A stretch of 64,000 nucleotides of DNA from Candidatus Latescibacterota bacterium (GCA_965203175.1 OZ241867.1:2144001-2208000); one strand, 5' to 3'. Positions 19,432-29,526 are shown, counted from the stretch's first letter. Numbers and translations are program-made. The notes: generated by a model from the sequence alone, not told the origin.

Positions 19432-21378
19432 TCAGTACATGCGGATCACGTTGCCCGTCATTCCGGTGAAGCCATCCACGACTAGCCACGCCCCGCCCGA
19501 AGCGAATTGCCCGAGTATCACTCCTAAAAAGAACCAACGCGTCGAGCGGTAGCCGTTCGGTCCCATGTATTTCAAGACGACGGATTTAATCAGCCAAGCG
19601 AGAAAGATGCTGAACCAGATGTTGCCGAGGATCCAGGTGCCGCTGGCCACGTAGCCTATGGGGTGCAGGGGCCACCACAACAAATGATGGCGCGCCCACA
19701 GCAAGAGCGCCATGACCGCGGCCCCCACCCCGTTCCAGAGCCACCCCAGCCAATAGGGCCCGGTCGGCGTCTCGATGAAGCGGGCGGCAAAGCGAAACGG
19801 CTCCCAGGCGAAAAGTCCGGAGAAATACTGGCGGTGCAGGTTGAGCGCCCCGTACTGGTAGCCCAAGTTCAAGGTCGCATAGATGGAGCCCAAAAGGCCA
19901 ATGACTAGCGCCGCTGTTAGCATCGCTAGGACGCGCCGCCGACCGATCTTGAGGCCGTGCAACATGCGGATGCTGTTGGCGCAGGGGGCCATCATAAAGA
20001 CCAGCAGGTCGCCCGCCCAAGCGAGGGTAAAGCCCAGCGCCATCATCCCCGTCGCCCCCAGCGCCGACGAGCCGACGCCCGAGACCACAAAGCCCGCGCC
20101 CGACAGCCCCTCCACGGCCGACGAGAGACCCGCTTCGACGATCACGCGGGTGAGGGCAAAGAAGATGGCAAACGCCGCGCCGAGAAACAGCACCACTGCC
20201 CACCAAGGCAACCCCGTCTGCCACAGCCACAAGCCCATGACGAGCATGCCCACGGCCAAGCCAACCACGGCCGTCCGATAGGACAGCAACTCCCCAGCTG
20301 CACTGCCGCCGGCTTTGGCCTGTTGCCACGCGGCCTTTAGATGCCCGCGCGCCGTCCACAGCCCCAAGACGACCAGCGCAATCATCGCGCCCATGCTCTG
20401 ATGGCTCAACATGCCCGTGGTGGGGCCGGCGTGGCTGTAAGCGTCGAGCTGTTCGGTGGTGAAGATGCCCAGGGTCGAGCAGGCCCATTCTTGGGCTTTG
20501 GCCAACACATAGAAAAACCACAAGCTGCCGGAGATTCCGGTGTTGATAAAATAGGCCAAGCCCATCATCAGGTAGTTGAGCCGGATGCGCAGGACAACTG
20601 CGTCGTGCCCCAAGGCTAGCGGCAGGTTGAGATCGACGCGCGGCGCGAATTCGTAGTAGTGGCTAAAGGAATTGATCGTATTGAGGATCGCCGGCACCGC
20701 AAAGCCAGCCCACATTATTGGATTGCGCAAAAAGGGCTTTATGCGCGCGGGCCGCGGGCCGTCTTCGATCATTCCCAACGGCACTTGGACTAGGGGGTAG
20801 AGCAGCCGCTCGTGGTCCATCCACTGTCGCCGCATAATTACCATTGCGCAGATGAGCACGAGGTAGAAGGCAGCCATAAAGAGCAACCACCAAAAAAGCG
20901 GCTCGGCCCAAGCTCCCCAAGGAATGGATTCGCCTCGGGGGAGTCCCTCGTAAAACTGCTTGATCGCCACCTCGTCTTGGACGATCATCCAAGTGGGGAT
21001 GTGGGGCACCAGTAACTCGGCCCAGTTGTTTTCTGGGGTCGCGTAGTAGAGCACGCTGGAAATGGCGGGGAGCGTGGCACCGGTAAAGCCCCGCGATGGG
21101 ATCGCCGTTGCCAGCATCATCATTGAGGTAATCAGCAGCAGTTCGGCGCGGTTGAACGCCCAGTGCCGCCGCACTAGCCCCAGCAGCGGTTGCACTAGCG
21201 CGAGCAAACAGAAGAGCAGGAAAAAGGCCGCTGGCGTCGATGAGCTCAGGCCCAACCGGGTGCCTTTGATCACGAATTCCCCATAGGGCAGGCCGACGGC
21301 GATCAGGGCGCAGAGTCCGAGGCCAGTCAGCATCGCCGGCAGGCGAATTGCGGGGGAGGGTTGGGGATCTGGGGACAT
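19432..21378 (-). CDS. Polytopic membrane protein, DUF6785/DUF6784-like putative transporter
   Basis: Many TM helices; RRQW...ERL.YPL, WWPLHPIGY and W.IK..VLKY.G motifs. Confidence 0.65.
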   Translation of the reverse strand: MSPDPQPSPAIRLPAMLTGLGLCALIAVGLPYGEFVIKGTRLGLSSSTPAAFFLLFCLLALVQPLLGLVRRHWAFNRAELLLITSMMMLATAIPSRGFTGATLPAISSVLYYATPENNWAELLVPHIPTWMIVQDEVAIKQFYEGLPRGESIPWGAWAEPLFWWLLFMAAFYLVLICAMVIMRRQWMDHERLLYPLVQVPLGMIEDGPRPARIKPFLRNPIMWAGFAVPAILNTINSFSHYYEFAPRVDLNLPLALGHDAVVLRIRLNYLMMGLAYFINTGISGSLWFFYVLAKAQEWACSTLGIFTTEQLDAYSHAGPTTGMLSHQSMGAMIALVVLGLWTARGHLKAAWQQAKAGGSAAGELLSYRTAVVGLAVGMLVMGLWLWQTGLPWWAVVLFLGAAFAIFFALTRVIVEAGLSSAVEGLSGAGFVVSGVGSSALGATGMMALGFTLAWAGDLLVFMMAPCANSIRMLHGLKIGRRRVLAMLTAALVIGLLGSIYATLNLGYQYGALNLHRQYFSGLFAWEPFRFAARFIETPTGPYWLGWLWNGVGAAVMALLLWARHHLLWWPLHPIGYVASGTWILGNIWFSIFLAWLIKSVVLKYMGPNGYRSTRWFFLGVILGQFASGGAWLVVDGFTGMTGNVIRMY

Positions 21379-21560
21379 GAAGAAGTCTAAAAGGATGAAG
21401 TAGCGGGTACGCGGCGAAGTGGGAAACGTAGCCAAATCCGCGGATAGCCGTCAATAAATGGCTGTTCCCGCGACAAGAGATGGCGGCGGTCTGGTTGCTG
21501 TCTGTGGGAAAATGCCGCTAACTATCTGGACATCTGAGACCTTTTGCTAGACGAGGAGAT

Positions 21561-23516
21561 ATGGAGCGCAAAATTTACGCCTTTGGCATGGACGGTTTTA
21601 TCGTCCCGATGATGAAGCGATTCGCCGCGGAAGGGGCCTTGCCCCACTTCGAGCGCTTGCTGCGGGAGGGGACGGTCAACCAGACCCTGCCCTCCTTTCC
21701 GGTGTGGACCCCGACTAACTGGGCCACGCTTTCGACGGGGGCGCACACGGGCACGCACGGGGTGACGCGTTGGCGGGTGGAAGTCGCGCCGGGCCAGCGG
21801 ATCGACAGTTTCGATGGGCGGGCCAACAATGCCGAGCGCATCTGGAACGCCTTGGAGCGGGCGGGCATGCAGAGCGTGGCTGTACACTATCCGGCGGCCC
21901 ATCCTTCTGGGGTGGAGACGGGCTTTGTGGTCGATGGTTTTGGCCATCCCGGGCATCGCAGCACGGATTTTGAAGTGGCTATCTGCCAGGCCTATACCAC
22001 GGAGGCCGCGCTAGAGGAAGCCATTGAGATGGACCACGACGGCACGGCCGTGCGGCAGGAACAACGCAGCGTCGAGCCGATTCCGCCGCTAACACCGGCG
22101 CAGGAGTGGCGGAACCTGCCCGCGAGTGAGGCCCCGCCGCTGGAGAGCTGCATTGAGGTGGTGGCTCGGTTGGGTGGGGATGTCACTGCGTTCTACTTGC
22201 TGGCGGTGGACAGTGCGGGAAGAGGTTGCGACCAGGTGTTGGTGTGCCGGGATCGGGATGGGGCCAGTTGCATAGCTGTTGCTAGGGTAGGGGAATGGAG
22301 CGAGTGGGCGGTGGAGGACTTTGCTATTGATGGAAGCAAACGCTCGGCATCGGTGCGCTTCAAGCTGATGGAACTGGCCGCGGATGGCAGCCGGCTCAAG
22401 CTCTACCGCACTCAGGTTACTTATACCGACGGCTTCACGCTGCCCGACGAGTTGGCCGGGGAACTGGTGGAGCGCTTTGGGCCGTATCAGGAACACGCTT
22501 CTATGTTGCCCTATACCGCTGGGATGGCCGATTTTGATACGGCCTTGGAAGAATGCGAGTACCAGGGGATGTGGTTTGCCGAGGTCGCCCGCTACATGCT
22601 GCGCGAGCGGGGCTGTTCCTTTTTTATCTGTCACTGGCATCTGTACGACTATCTCAACCACATCCACCTCGGAGACGTGGATCCTGTGTGTCCGGGGTAC
22701 GAAGCTGAGCGCGCCGAACAGTACGTGGACTATTTCCGACGGGCCTATCAGGTGGGGGACCGCATTCTGGGCCGGCTGTGGGAAGACGCGGATGAGCATA
22801 CGTACGTGGGCGTGGTGTCCGACCACGGGTGCTCGCCCGATGTGCGGGTGGCCAATATCCGGCAGTTTTTGCACGAGCAGGGGTTTCTGGCGCTCAAGGG
22901 CGAAGGGGAAGAGGCTCTGGTGCGCGATCAGGTGCGCGAGGAGGATATCGACTGGGAACACACCCGGGCCTATATGAAGGACGACAAGGGGTTCGACATT
23001 TTCATCAACGCCGAGCCGGGGCCGGAATTCGACCGCATTGAGGCCGAGCTGCTGCTGGCCTTGCGCACGTGGGTTGACGAGGAAGTGGGGCGCAATCCAG
23101 TGGCCATAGCCCTGCCTCGGCGGGACGCGTACATCCTCGGGCAGTGGGGAGACCAGTGCGGCGATGTGGTCTTTGCTTGGGACCACGGGTACGTGAGTGG
23201 GTACTACGGCCAGTGGCGCGGCATTGCCGGCGAGGGCAGCGTTGGAGCGCCCAATGTGTTCGGGGCGCACCACGGGGGATTTCTGCCGACCCAAAGTGAG
23301 GATTCGTCCAGCTTTGGCTCGTGGTTGCTGGCTGGGCCGGGTGTTAAGCAGGGCTACGAGCGGTCGGTGGACAAATTGGGGTACATCCACGCTGCCGATG
23401 TAGTGCCCACCTTCTGCCAGATACTGGGAGCCGAGCCGCCGCACCAAGCGCAGGGGACGGTGGCGCGGGATTTGTTTGAGGGGCACGAGATGGTCAGGGA
23501 GCGGGATCCAGTCTGA
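21561..23516 (+). CDS. Alkaline phosphatase superfamily / type I phosphodiesterase-nucleotide pyrophosphatase
   Basis: GMDG, TPTNWATLSTG, SDHG, G.HG motifs. Confidence 0.85.
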   Translation: MERKIYAFGMDGFIVPMMKRFAAEGALPHFERLLREGTVNQTLPSFPVWTPTNWATLSTGAHTGTHGVTRWRVEVAPGQRIDSFDGRANNAERIWNALERAGMQSVAVHYPAAHPSGVETGFVVDGFGHPGHRSTDFEVAICQAYTTEAALEEAIEMDHDGTAVRQEQRSVEPIPPLTPAQEWRNLPASEAPPLESCIEVVARLGGDVTAFYLLAVDSAGRGCDQVLVCRDRDGASCIAVARVGEWSEWAVEDFAIDGSKRSASVRFKLMELAADGSRLKLYRTQVTYTDGFTLPDELAGELVERFGPYQEHASMLPYTAGMADFDTALEECEYQGMWFAEVARYMLRERGCSFFICHWHLYDYLNHIHLGDVDPVCPGYEAERAEQYVDYFRRAYQVGDRILGRLWEDADEHTYVGVVSDHGCSPDVRVANIRQFLHEQGFLALKGEGEEALVRDQVREEDIDWEHTRAYMKDDKGFDIFINAEPGPEFDRIEAELLLALRTWVDEEVGRNPVAIALPRRDAYILGQWGDQCGDVVFAWDHGYVSGYYGQWRGIAGEGSVGAPNVFGAHHGGFLPTQSEDSSSFGSWLLAGPGVKQGYERSVDKLGYIHAADVVPTFCQILGAEPPHQAQGTVARDLFEGHEMVRERDPV

Positions 23517-23518
23517 GA

Positions 23519-25261
23519 TCAACCCTCCTCCTCGTAGACAGCTTCCCCTCGGTGCAGCCGCTGGGCGATCTGGAGCGTTTGGAGCAGCTCGCGCTGAGTT
23601 GGTGCCTTGGCCGCCAGAAAACGGGCTGCGGCCACCATCAGAATCCGTTGCTCGCCGACGTCGGTGCGCTCACCATACTGACGGATGGCTGCCTCGAGCA
23701 TCTGGAAGCTGTGGAACTCGGCGTCCTCTCTCACTAGGGATTCCGCCAGCGTGCGGAACAGAGGTCCCGGTTCACCGCCCGATGTCAGAAAACTATTGAC
23801 GAGTCGCCCAGCTTCATCGACCTGCTGCTGCTGGTTGAGTAGCAGTAGGTATTTCTCCATCTGGCCATCGCCCGCCTCTGCCGAGCTGGGGTCAGGTAAG
23901 CGGGCAGCCGGAACATTGAGAAAACGGTCGAGGTAGACGCGCATCGCCCCATGGTATACGCCGCGCAGCATCTCGGTCGACTCGGCTCTCTTCAGCATCT
24001 GATGCAGTGCGTTGGCGTAAGAAAAGGTGTGCAGCACCGAGATCCAGTCGGAGAACTCGTTGCGCACGTGAAATCTGACGATGCGCAGCGCCGCTGCTAG
24101 CGCTACCGCCTCTGCCAGCTGCACTGGGCGCGCGCCCTGCCTCAGCGCTTCGTTCAGGGCCGCTACGATCGCATGAGGATCGTCCCGTAGAAGTTCCTCG
24201 GCGAATCCACTGTCTCGTTTCCACTCTCCTCCCTGGCCTTCTTTTAGCAGTTGATTTAGCGAGCCAAAGGTCTCGCTCAGCAGCGTCATGAGGTCGACAG
24301 GGGAGCGCCAGCTATTCTGCTCTTCGCTGCGCTGTGCCCCGCTCAGCTGGCGAATCAGGGAGGGCAGGACGTCTGCCGCGTGCTCCCAGCCAATGCGGTC
24401 GAGTAGCTCGAATGCCTTGTTGATGAAGTCGATGACGTGGCCACCGTCGAGGTAGAAGTGGTCGGTTGCCGCTGTCGCCATCATTTCGGCCAGGTCGGCT
24501 TGGCTCGAAGGGTGCTCGATGGCTGCCAGCAAGGTGCGTTCGGCTCCGTCGGCATTGCGCACTTCGATCAGGTAGCGGAACCACCGTCTCAGCGCGGCGT
24601 GCGGGATATCCTTGCTCTCGAGAGGCCGCAACGGGATGCGCGGCGGCTGACCACTGGTGTTCGACGCCACGTGTAAGACCCCTTGGTACAAAGGGGCGAT
24701 GCGCTCGTCGCCTTCGAGATGGTCGCTGACGTTGGCCATTGCCGAGAGGATCGTCATGCCATCTGCCCAACCCGAACGCCGCCGCCGCACTCCGTACAGG
24801 CCGCTTACCCGCACGATGTCGTTCGGATTCGCCCCAGCGCGTATGAGCGCGACGACGGCTTTGGCGACCACCAGTCTGATGTTCTGGTCCATACCCTCTT
24901 CGAGTCGGCGCAGGCCGCGCTCGACCGGGTCGTGAGGGGTTGCGGACACAGCGACGTATACGCGACCGTCCACGACTTCGACCGGGTAGACCGTGGCGTC
25001 GTCGGCAAACAGATCAAAGGTGCAACCGCTCTTGAGATCGAATCGGGCGTGATGCCAGTGACAGGTCAGAATGCCGTCCTCGACGGTTCCACGATGCAAG
25101 GGAAACCCCATGTGTGGACATCTGTTGTCCACGGCGTGTAGGTCGCCCTCCGAGTAGAAGACGACAATCGGCACAGGTCCGCCCGAGACCAGAGCCCTCC
25201 CCTTGAGCTTGATCTCATCCAGAGATCCCGCGTCCAGCAGTTTTGTCGCTGAGTTTTCCAT
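23519..25261 (-). CDS. Rieske [2Fe-2S] domain protein with large helical C-terminal region
   Basis: CPHMG...CHWH Rieske ligands; C-terminal GGH, LHTF and EFH motifs. Confidence 0.85.
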   Translation of the reverse strand: MENSATKLLDAGSLDEIKLKGRALVSGGPVPIVVFYSEGDLHAVDNRCPHMGFPLHRGTVEDGILTCHWHHARFDLKSGCTFDLFADDATVYPVEVVDGRVYVAVSATPHDPVERGLRRLEEGMDQNIRLVVAKAVVALIRAGANPNDIVRVSGLYGVRRRRSGWADGMTILSAMANVSDHLEGDERIAPLYQGVLHVASNTSGQPPRIPLRPLESKDIPHAALRRWFRYLIEVRNADGAERTLLAAIEHPSSQADLAEMMATAATDHFYLDGGHVIDFINKAFELLDRIGWEHAADVLPSLIRQLSGAQRSEEQNSWRSPVDLMTLLSETFGSLNQLLKEGQGGEWKRDSGFAEELLRDDPHAIVAALNEALRQGARPVQLAEAVALAAALRIVRFHVRNEFSDWISVLHTFSYANALHQMLKRAESTEMLRGVYHGAMRVYLDRFLNVPAARLPDPSSAEAGDGQMEKYLLLLNQQQQVDEAGRLVNSFLTSGGEPGPLFRTLAESLVREDAEFHSFQMLEAAIRQYGERTDVGEQRILMVAAARFLAAKAPTQRELLQTLQIAQRLHRGEAVYEEEG

Positions 25262-25351
25262 GACTTTTCCTTTCGCTTGGCATTCGTCTCGCAGGTCATT
25301 CCCGGTCGCGAAAGCCGATGAGATAGAGGCTCTCCGATGAGCTATGGACTG

Positions 25352-25382
25352 AACCTACAACTTCAAGTATACTTGAAGTCAA
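25352..25382 (-). promoter_or_regulatory. SoxR box in a MerR-type promoter driving the Rieske gene
   Basis: Perfect palindrome ACTTCAAGTATACTTGAAGT (25360-25379); minus strand TTGACT-N19-TAGGTT. Confidence 0.88.
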
Positions 25383-25392
25383 GGAGAATCTT

Positions 25393-25863
25393 ATGACGGA
25401 ACTTTCACACTTTCTGACCATCGGTGAGGTAGCGGCGCGAAGCGGAGTCGCGACCTCTGCGCTGCGCTTCTATGAAGAGCAGGGACTGATCTCATCCGAG
25501 CGGAGCAGGGGCAACCAGCGACGGTATCGACGGGCCGTATTGCGTCGCGTCGCCGTCATTCGGGCAGCCCAAGCGATCGGCGTATCTCTGCGGGAAATCC
25601 GCTCAGCACTGGATGCGCTTCCCGACGGACGCACGCCGAACAAAGCGGACTGGGCCAGCCTGTCGCGGAGCTGGAGAGATCAGCTCGAAGAGCGGATTGA
25701 GGTGCTGGAGAAGTTGAAAGAGGGCCTGACCGGCTGCATAGGCTGTGGCTGCCTGTCCCTGCGGACGTGCTGGCTGTTCAACCGGGATGACGAGGTGGCA
25801 TCTCGCGTCGACGGCAGCTTTCTGATGGGAAGACCTGAGGCGCGGCACCCATCCTCTAGGTGA
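25393..25863 (+). CDS. soxR: Redox-sensitive transcriptional activator SoxR
   Basis: MerR HTH, GNQRRY, CIGCGCLSLRTC [2Fe-2S] motif. Confidence 0.95.
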   Translation: MTELSHFLTIGEVAARSGVATSALRFYEEQGLISSERSRGNQRRYRRAVLRRVAVIRAAQAIGVSLREIRSALDALPDGRTPNKADWASLSRSWRDQLEERIEVLEKLKEGLTGCIGCGCLSLRTCWLFNRDDEVASRVDGSFLMGRPEARHPSSR

Positions 25864-25902
25864 GGTGCCAATACCACAACTGAGAAAGGCGGGAGAACGG
25901 AG

Positions 25903-26880
25903 ATGAGTGAGACAATGCCAATGGAGAAGCACGTGCTGGTGTGCGACTGGGTGTCCGAAGATCTCGATCCGGAAAGGGAACGGCTCGGGCGAGCGGGGAT
26001 TGCGCTTTCCTCGTCGGGAATCGCGGTCACCGATTCAGTGGATGAGAAGCGGTGCAAACTGAAGCAGGCGATCGCCTCGGTGCCTCGCATCGACGCGCTA
26101 ATGTTCTGCATCGCCCCCATAGATGCGGAGATCATCGGCCTGCTTCCGGGCAGTTGTAAACTGCTGCAGCGATATGGTACGGGTCTCGACAACGTCGACC
26201 TAAAAGCGGCTGCCGAACGCGGCATGAGCGTCCGCAATACGCCGCAGTACTGCGTCGAGGAAGTGGCGGTCCACGCCATGGGCATGTTGCTGGCCCTGCA
26301 CCGCCAGATTGGATCGACGCAGGAGCGGCTGCTCTGCGGGGAGTGGTCGCTGAAACCACCGGCTCCCATCCGGCGGTTGAGCAGGCTGAGGCTGGGAGTG
26401 CTGGGATTCGGCCGCATCGGCCGCAAGTTGGGTGAACTGATGCGGTCCTTGGTGCGAGACGTGGTCTATTTCGACGAAGTGGAGGCCGCTGGGATCGACT
26501 GGGCTGCGCGGATTGGGCGGGAAGAGCTGCTGAGAACGGCGGATCTGGTTTCGCTGCACCTGCCGCTGACGCCTCAGACGCGCTGTATCATCAACGCCGA
26601 GACCCTAGCGATGATGAAGAAGTCCGCCTTGTTGGTCAACGCGGCGCGCGGTGCCCTGGTCGACTCTGAGGCGTTGGCTGCGGCCCTGAACGAGGGACGG
26701 CTCGGCGGTGCCGGCCTAGACGTTTTCGAACCGGAGATCCTTCCCAGCGACTCCCCGCTGCGGACGGCGGCGAATATCCTGCTGACGAGCCATACGGCTT
26801 GGTATAGCGAGGATTCGGTTCAGGACGCGCGGGTCGAGGCCGTGGAGAGTGTGATAGAAGTGCTCGGCGAAGGGGAGTAG
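25903..26880 (+). CDS. D-isomer-specific 2-hydroxyacid dehydrogenase (CtBP-like)
   Basis: GTGLDNVD, GFGRIG, NAARG, GLDVFEPE, SHTAWYS. Confidence 0.9.
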   Translation: MSETMPMEKHVLVCDWVSEDLDPERERLGRAGIALSSSGIAVTDSVDEKRCKLKQAIASVPRIDALMFCIAPIDAEIIGLLPGSCKLLQRYGTGLDNVDLKAAAERGMSVRNTPQYCVEEVAVHAMGMLLALHRQIGSTQERLLCGEWSLKPPAPIRRLSRLRLGVLGFGRIGRKLGELMRSLVRDVVYFDEVEAAGIDWAARIGREELLRTADLVSLHLPLTPQTRCIINAETLAMMKKSALLVNAARGALVDSEALAAALNEGRLGGAGLDVFEPEILPSDSPLRTAANILLTSHTAWYSEDSVQDARVEAVESVIEVLGEGE

Positions 26881-26897
26881 GTACCAGGCTCACCCGA

Positions 26898-28379
26898 CTA
26901 CACCTCCGGCAGCGGCGCTGTGTCTCCGACCTCCTGCTGCCACAGCCGCAAGCGCGCCGCCATCCAGCGCACGCGGTCGCGGTGCTCGGGCCGGTCGAAG
27001 AGGTTGGTGATCTCCGCCGGGTCTTTGTTCAGGTCGAACAGTTCCCCCTGATCTGCGGCGCACAGGGTCAGCTTCCAGCGGTCCGCGGTGACGACGCTGC
27101 GCCACGGCGCGGTCTTGAGCAGGTTGAGTTGGCGCACTCGTTCGGCCGGCATGGTGTGCGACTCGGAGGCCGATGTCAGGTCGCGGTCGCCGACGCCGTT
27201 GTGCTGGATGAACACGTCGTTGTCGCTCAGATCGGCCTCACCCCTGAGCACGGCCGCGCGACTGACCCCGGTCAGGCAGTCGGGCACTTTCTGCCCCATC
27301 AGCTCGAGCAGCGTGGGCACGAAGTCGATCTGGCTGAAGTTGCCGGCGATGCGGCGCTGGCCCTCGTGTAGCCACGGTGCCCGCACCAGCAAGGGCACCC
27401 GGGACGCCTCCTCGTAAGGAGAGCGCATCTCCACGTGACCGTGGGTGCCGACCATCTCGCCGTGGTCGCTGGTGAACACGACGATCGTGTTGTCCCGCAG
27501 TCCCATCTCGTCGATGGCGTCTAGGATGCTGCCCACCATGCCGTCGACCAGCGACACGCAGCCGTAGTAGTTGGCCAGCATGCGCCGGCATCCCGCATCA
27601 GTGGTCAGATCAAAGCCGCCGTTGTGCACGGCCTGCATCCAGAACTCCGCCCGGATCCGATTGAACAGCGAGTGTCCCTCCGGGTAGGTGCGGAAGGTCT
27701 CGTCGACCGGCATGGTCTCGGGGTCGTAGAGGTCGTTGTAGGGACTGGTAAAGGGCGGGTGCGGCTCCTTGGAGCTGACGTAGAGGACAAAGGGCCGCTC
27801 GGCGTTACGCTCGATGAACGCCGCCGCCTGCTGACCGAGCCAAGTGGCCATGTGATACTCCGCGGGCAACTCGGCGCGGAAGTCGTCGGAGAACATCCCG
27901 CCCGCGGGGTGCTTGGCGTCGGGCGCAAAGCCCTTGTCGACGAGCCAGTGGTGGTAGGGAGACAACTGTTGCTCGAGCCCGTCGCTGGTGTACTGGCGCC
28001 ACCAGCTATCGAAACAGGCGATCCACTCGTCAAAGCCGTGCTGCCTTTGGATCTCATTGCCGAGGTGCCACTTGCCGATATACCCGGTGTGGTAGTCGTC
28101 GGTGAGCATCTCGGCGATGGTCGGCACGTCGTCGGGTAGGATGTGCAGGTTCACTGGCATGCCGGCGTCGACTGGGTAGAGCCCGCACATGATGGAGGCG
28201 CGAGACGGACAGCAGACCGCTTGGGTGACGTAGCAGTTGTCAAAGACGAGGCTCTCTTCGGCCAGCCGGTTCAGGCGCGGGACTTGGATCCAGTCGTTGC
28301 CGTAGCAGGCCAGCGTGTCGCGGCGTTGCCGATCCGGGAGCATAAAGACGAGGTTCGGGCGCTTGGGTGCCTGTGCCAT
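26898..28379 (-). CDS. Formylglycine-dependent sulfatase
   Basis: PNLVF, CCPSRAS (CxPxR), GKWHL, SDHG. Confidence 0.92.
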   Translation of the reverse strand: MAQAPKRPNLVFMLPDRQRRDTLACYGNDWIQVPRLNRLAEESLVFDNCYVTQAVCCPSRASIMCGLYPVDAGMPVNLHILPDDVPTIAEMLTDDYHTGYIGKWHLGNEIQRQHGFDEWIACFDSWWRQYTSDGLEQQLSPYHHWLVDKGFAPDAKHPAGGMFSDDFRAELPAEYHMATWLGQQAAAFIERNAERPFVLYVSSKEPHPPFTSPYNDLYDPETMPVDETFRTYPEGHSLFNRIRAEFWMQAVHNGGFDLTTDAGCRRMLANYYGCVSLVDGMVGSILDAIDEMGLRDNTIVVFTSDHGEMVGTHGHVEMRSPYEEASRVPLLVRAPWLHEGQRRIAGNFSQIDFVPTLLELMGQKVPDCLTGVSRAAVLRGEADLSDNDVFIQHNGVGDRDLTSASESHTMPAERVRQLNLLKTAPWRSVVTADRWKLTLCAADQGELFDLNKDPAEITNLFDRPEHRDRVRWMAARLRLWQQEVGDTAPLPEV

Positions 28380-28502
28380 GCAAGTCTCCCTTTAGCGAGG
28401 CTCAATGCCCGTGCCGACCCCGCCGGAGGTTTTCAGACGCAGACGGCTTCTCAGGCCGATTGCATTGAAGTAGGCGCGATGATTTGGCATACTTACTGCG
28501 GA

Positions 28503-28739
28503 TCAAAGTAAATGCCCTACTGGAATTACCTCATTGCGTTCAGCTGCTTTCTTGCCCGTGGCTATTTCGTGCACTGCATGAAGGATATCGGCGGAATAAT
28601 ACCGATTGCCGCACGAATCGCAGACGCCTATGGCGACATCTTCCAGAATCACAAATCTATTTTTGTGCTTGAACGCCTCATGCGCGACAAGACGTGGTTT
28701 AACCGTTCCGTCGCAGTATTCGCAATTGTATCCGTACAT
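28503..28739 (-). CDS. YgiT/MqsA-type zinc-finger protein (orphan antitoxin-like)
   Basis: CEYC...VCDSCG two CxxC pairs, 78 aa. Confidence 0.8.
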   Translation of the reverse strand: MYGYNCEYCDGTVKPRLVAHEAFKHKNRFVILEDVAIGVCDSCGNRYYSADILHAVHEIATGKKAAERNEVIPVGHLL

Positions 28740-28855
28740 GGCCCTTATTCCTCGAGTTCATAACTTAGATTATTCTTGGCCTGTCTCCAAGCAGATCTCC
28801 TTGAGATGGCCATCGCCAAGAGGTGAAGTGTAAGAGCGCCACCGATCGCTCCTAC

Positions 28856-28898
28856 TTGACCTGATAGAAATTATAGACTAAGCTTAGCTAAGTCATAA
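28856..28898 (+). promoter_or_regulatory. TA promoter with overlapping operator
   Basis: TTGACC-N17-TAAGCT with quasi-palindrome GACTAAGCTTAGCTAAGTC. Confidence 0.6.
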
Positions 28899-28912
28899 AA
28901 GGAGCCGGAGCT

Positions 28913-29152
28913 ATGCAGATCACCAATATACACCAGGCCAAAAGTCAGCTTTCGCGCTTGATCGAACGCGTGTTGCAGGGGGAAGAGATCGTCATCGGAC
29001 GGGCGGGTAAGCCAGTGGCTAAACTGGTTCCCTACGTCCAGCCTTACCGTCCCCGCAAGGGCGGACAGTGGCGTGGCCGGATCGAAATGGCCGAGGACTT
29101 CGACGCGTTGCCCGAGGAATTGGAAGCGGCTTTCAAGGGTGAAAAGCCGTGA
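28913..29152 (+). CDS. Phd/YefM family antitoxin
   Basis: NIHQAKSQLSRLIE..GEEIVI.RAGKPVAKL. Confidence 0.92.
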   Translation: MQITNIHQAKSQLSRLIERVLQGEEIVIGRAGKPVAKLVPYVQPYRPRKGGQWRGRIEMAEDFDALPEELEAAFKGEKP

Positions 29153-29526
29153 AATTGCTGCTCGATACCCACGTGCTGCTGTGGTGGCTGGACGATCCCG
29201 ATCTGCTCACCCCTCCGGCTCGGGCGGCCATTGCCCGGGATAGCAATGCGGTCTTCGTCAGTGCGGCGGTGGTCTGGGAAATAGCCATCAAAAAGGCCCT
29301 AGGCAAACTCCGGGCTCCCGATGATCTGGAAGCAGTCATGGAAGAAGAGCGCTTTCAACCTCTGTCCATCGCCGTGCCGCACGCCTTGGCCTTGGCTTCC
29401 CTGCCGTCCGTCCACCAGGATCCCTTCGACCGCATCCAGGTGGCGCAAGCGCAATTGGAGAGCTTGACTCTGGTGACGCGGGATACTCGCCTCCAACAGT
29501 ACGGCGTCCCCTATATCGACGCCTGA
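29149..29526 (+). CDS. vapC: VapC/PIN toxin
   Basis: LLLDTH, SAAVVWE, HQDPFDR; 4-bp overlap with the antitoxin. Confidence 0.92.
   Translation: MKLLLDTHVLLWWLDDPDLLTPPARAAIARDSNAVFVSAAVVWEIAIKKALGKLRAPDDLEAVMEEERFQPLSIAVPHALALASLPSVHQDPFDRIQVAQAQLESLTLVTRDTRLQQYGVPYIDA

Noticed and set aside
22089-23522. 477-aa antisense ORF and similar shadow ORFs (12478..13485, 40977..41837, 63537..63977)
   Set aside because: Opposite-strand shadows of well-supported genes in GC-rich DNA, with no motifs
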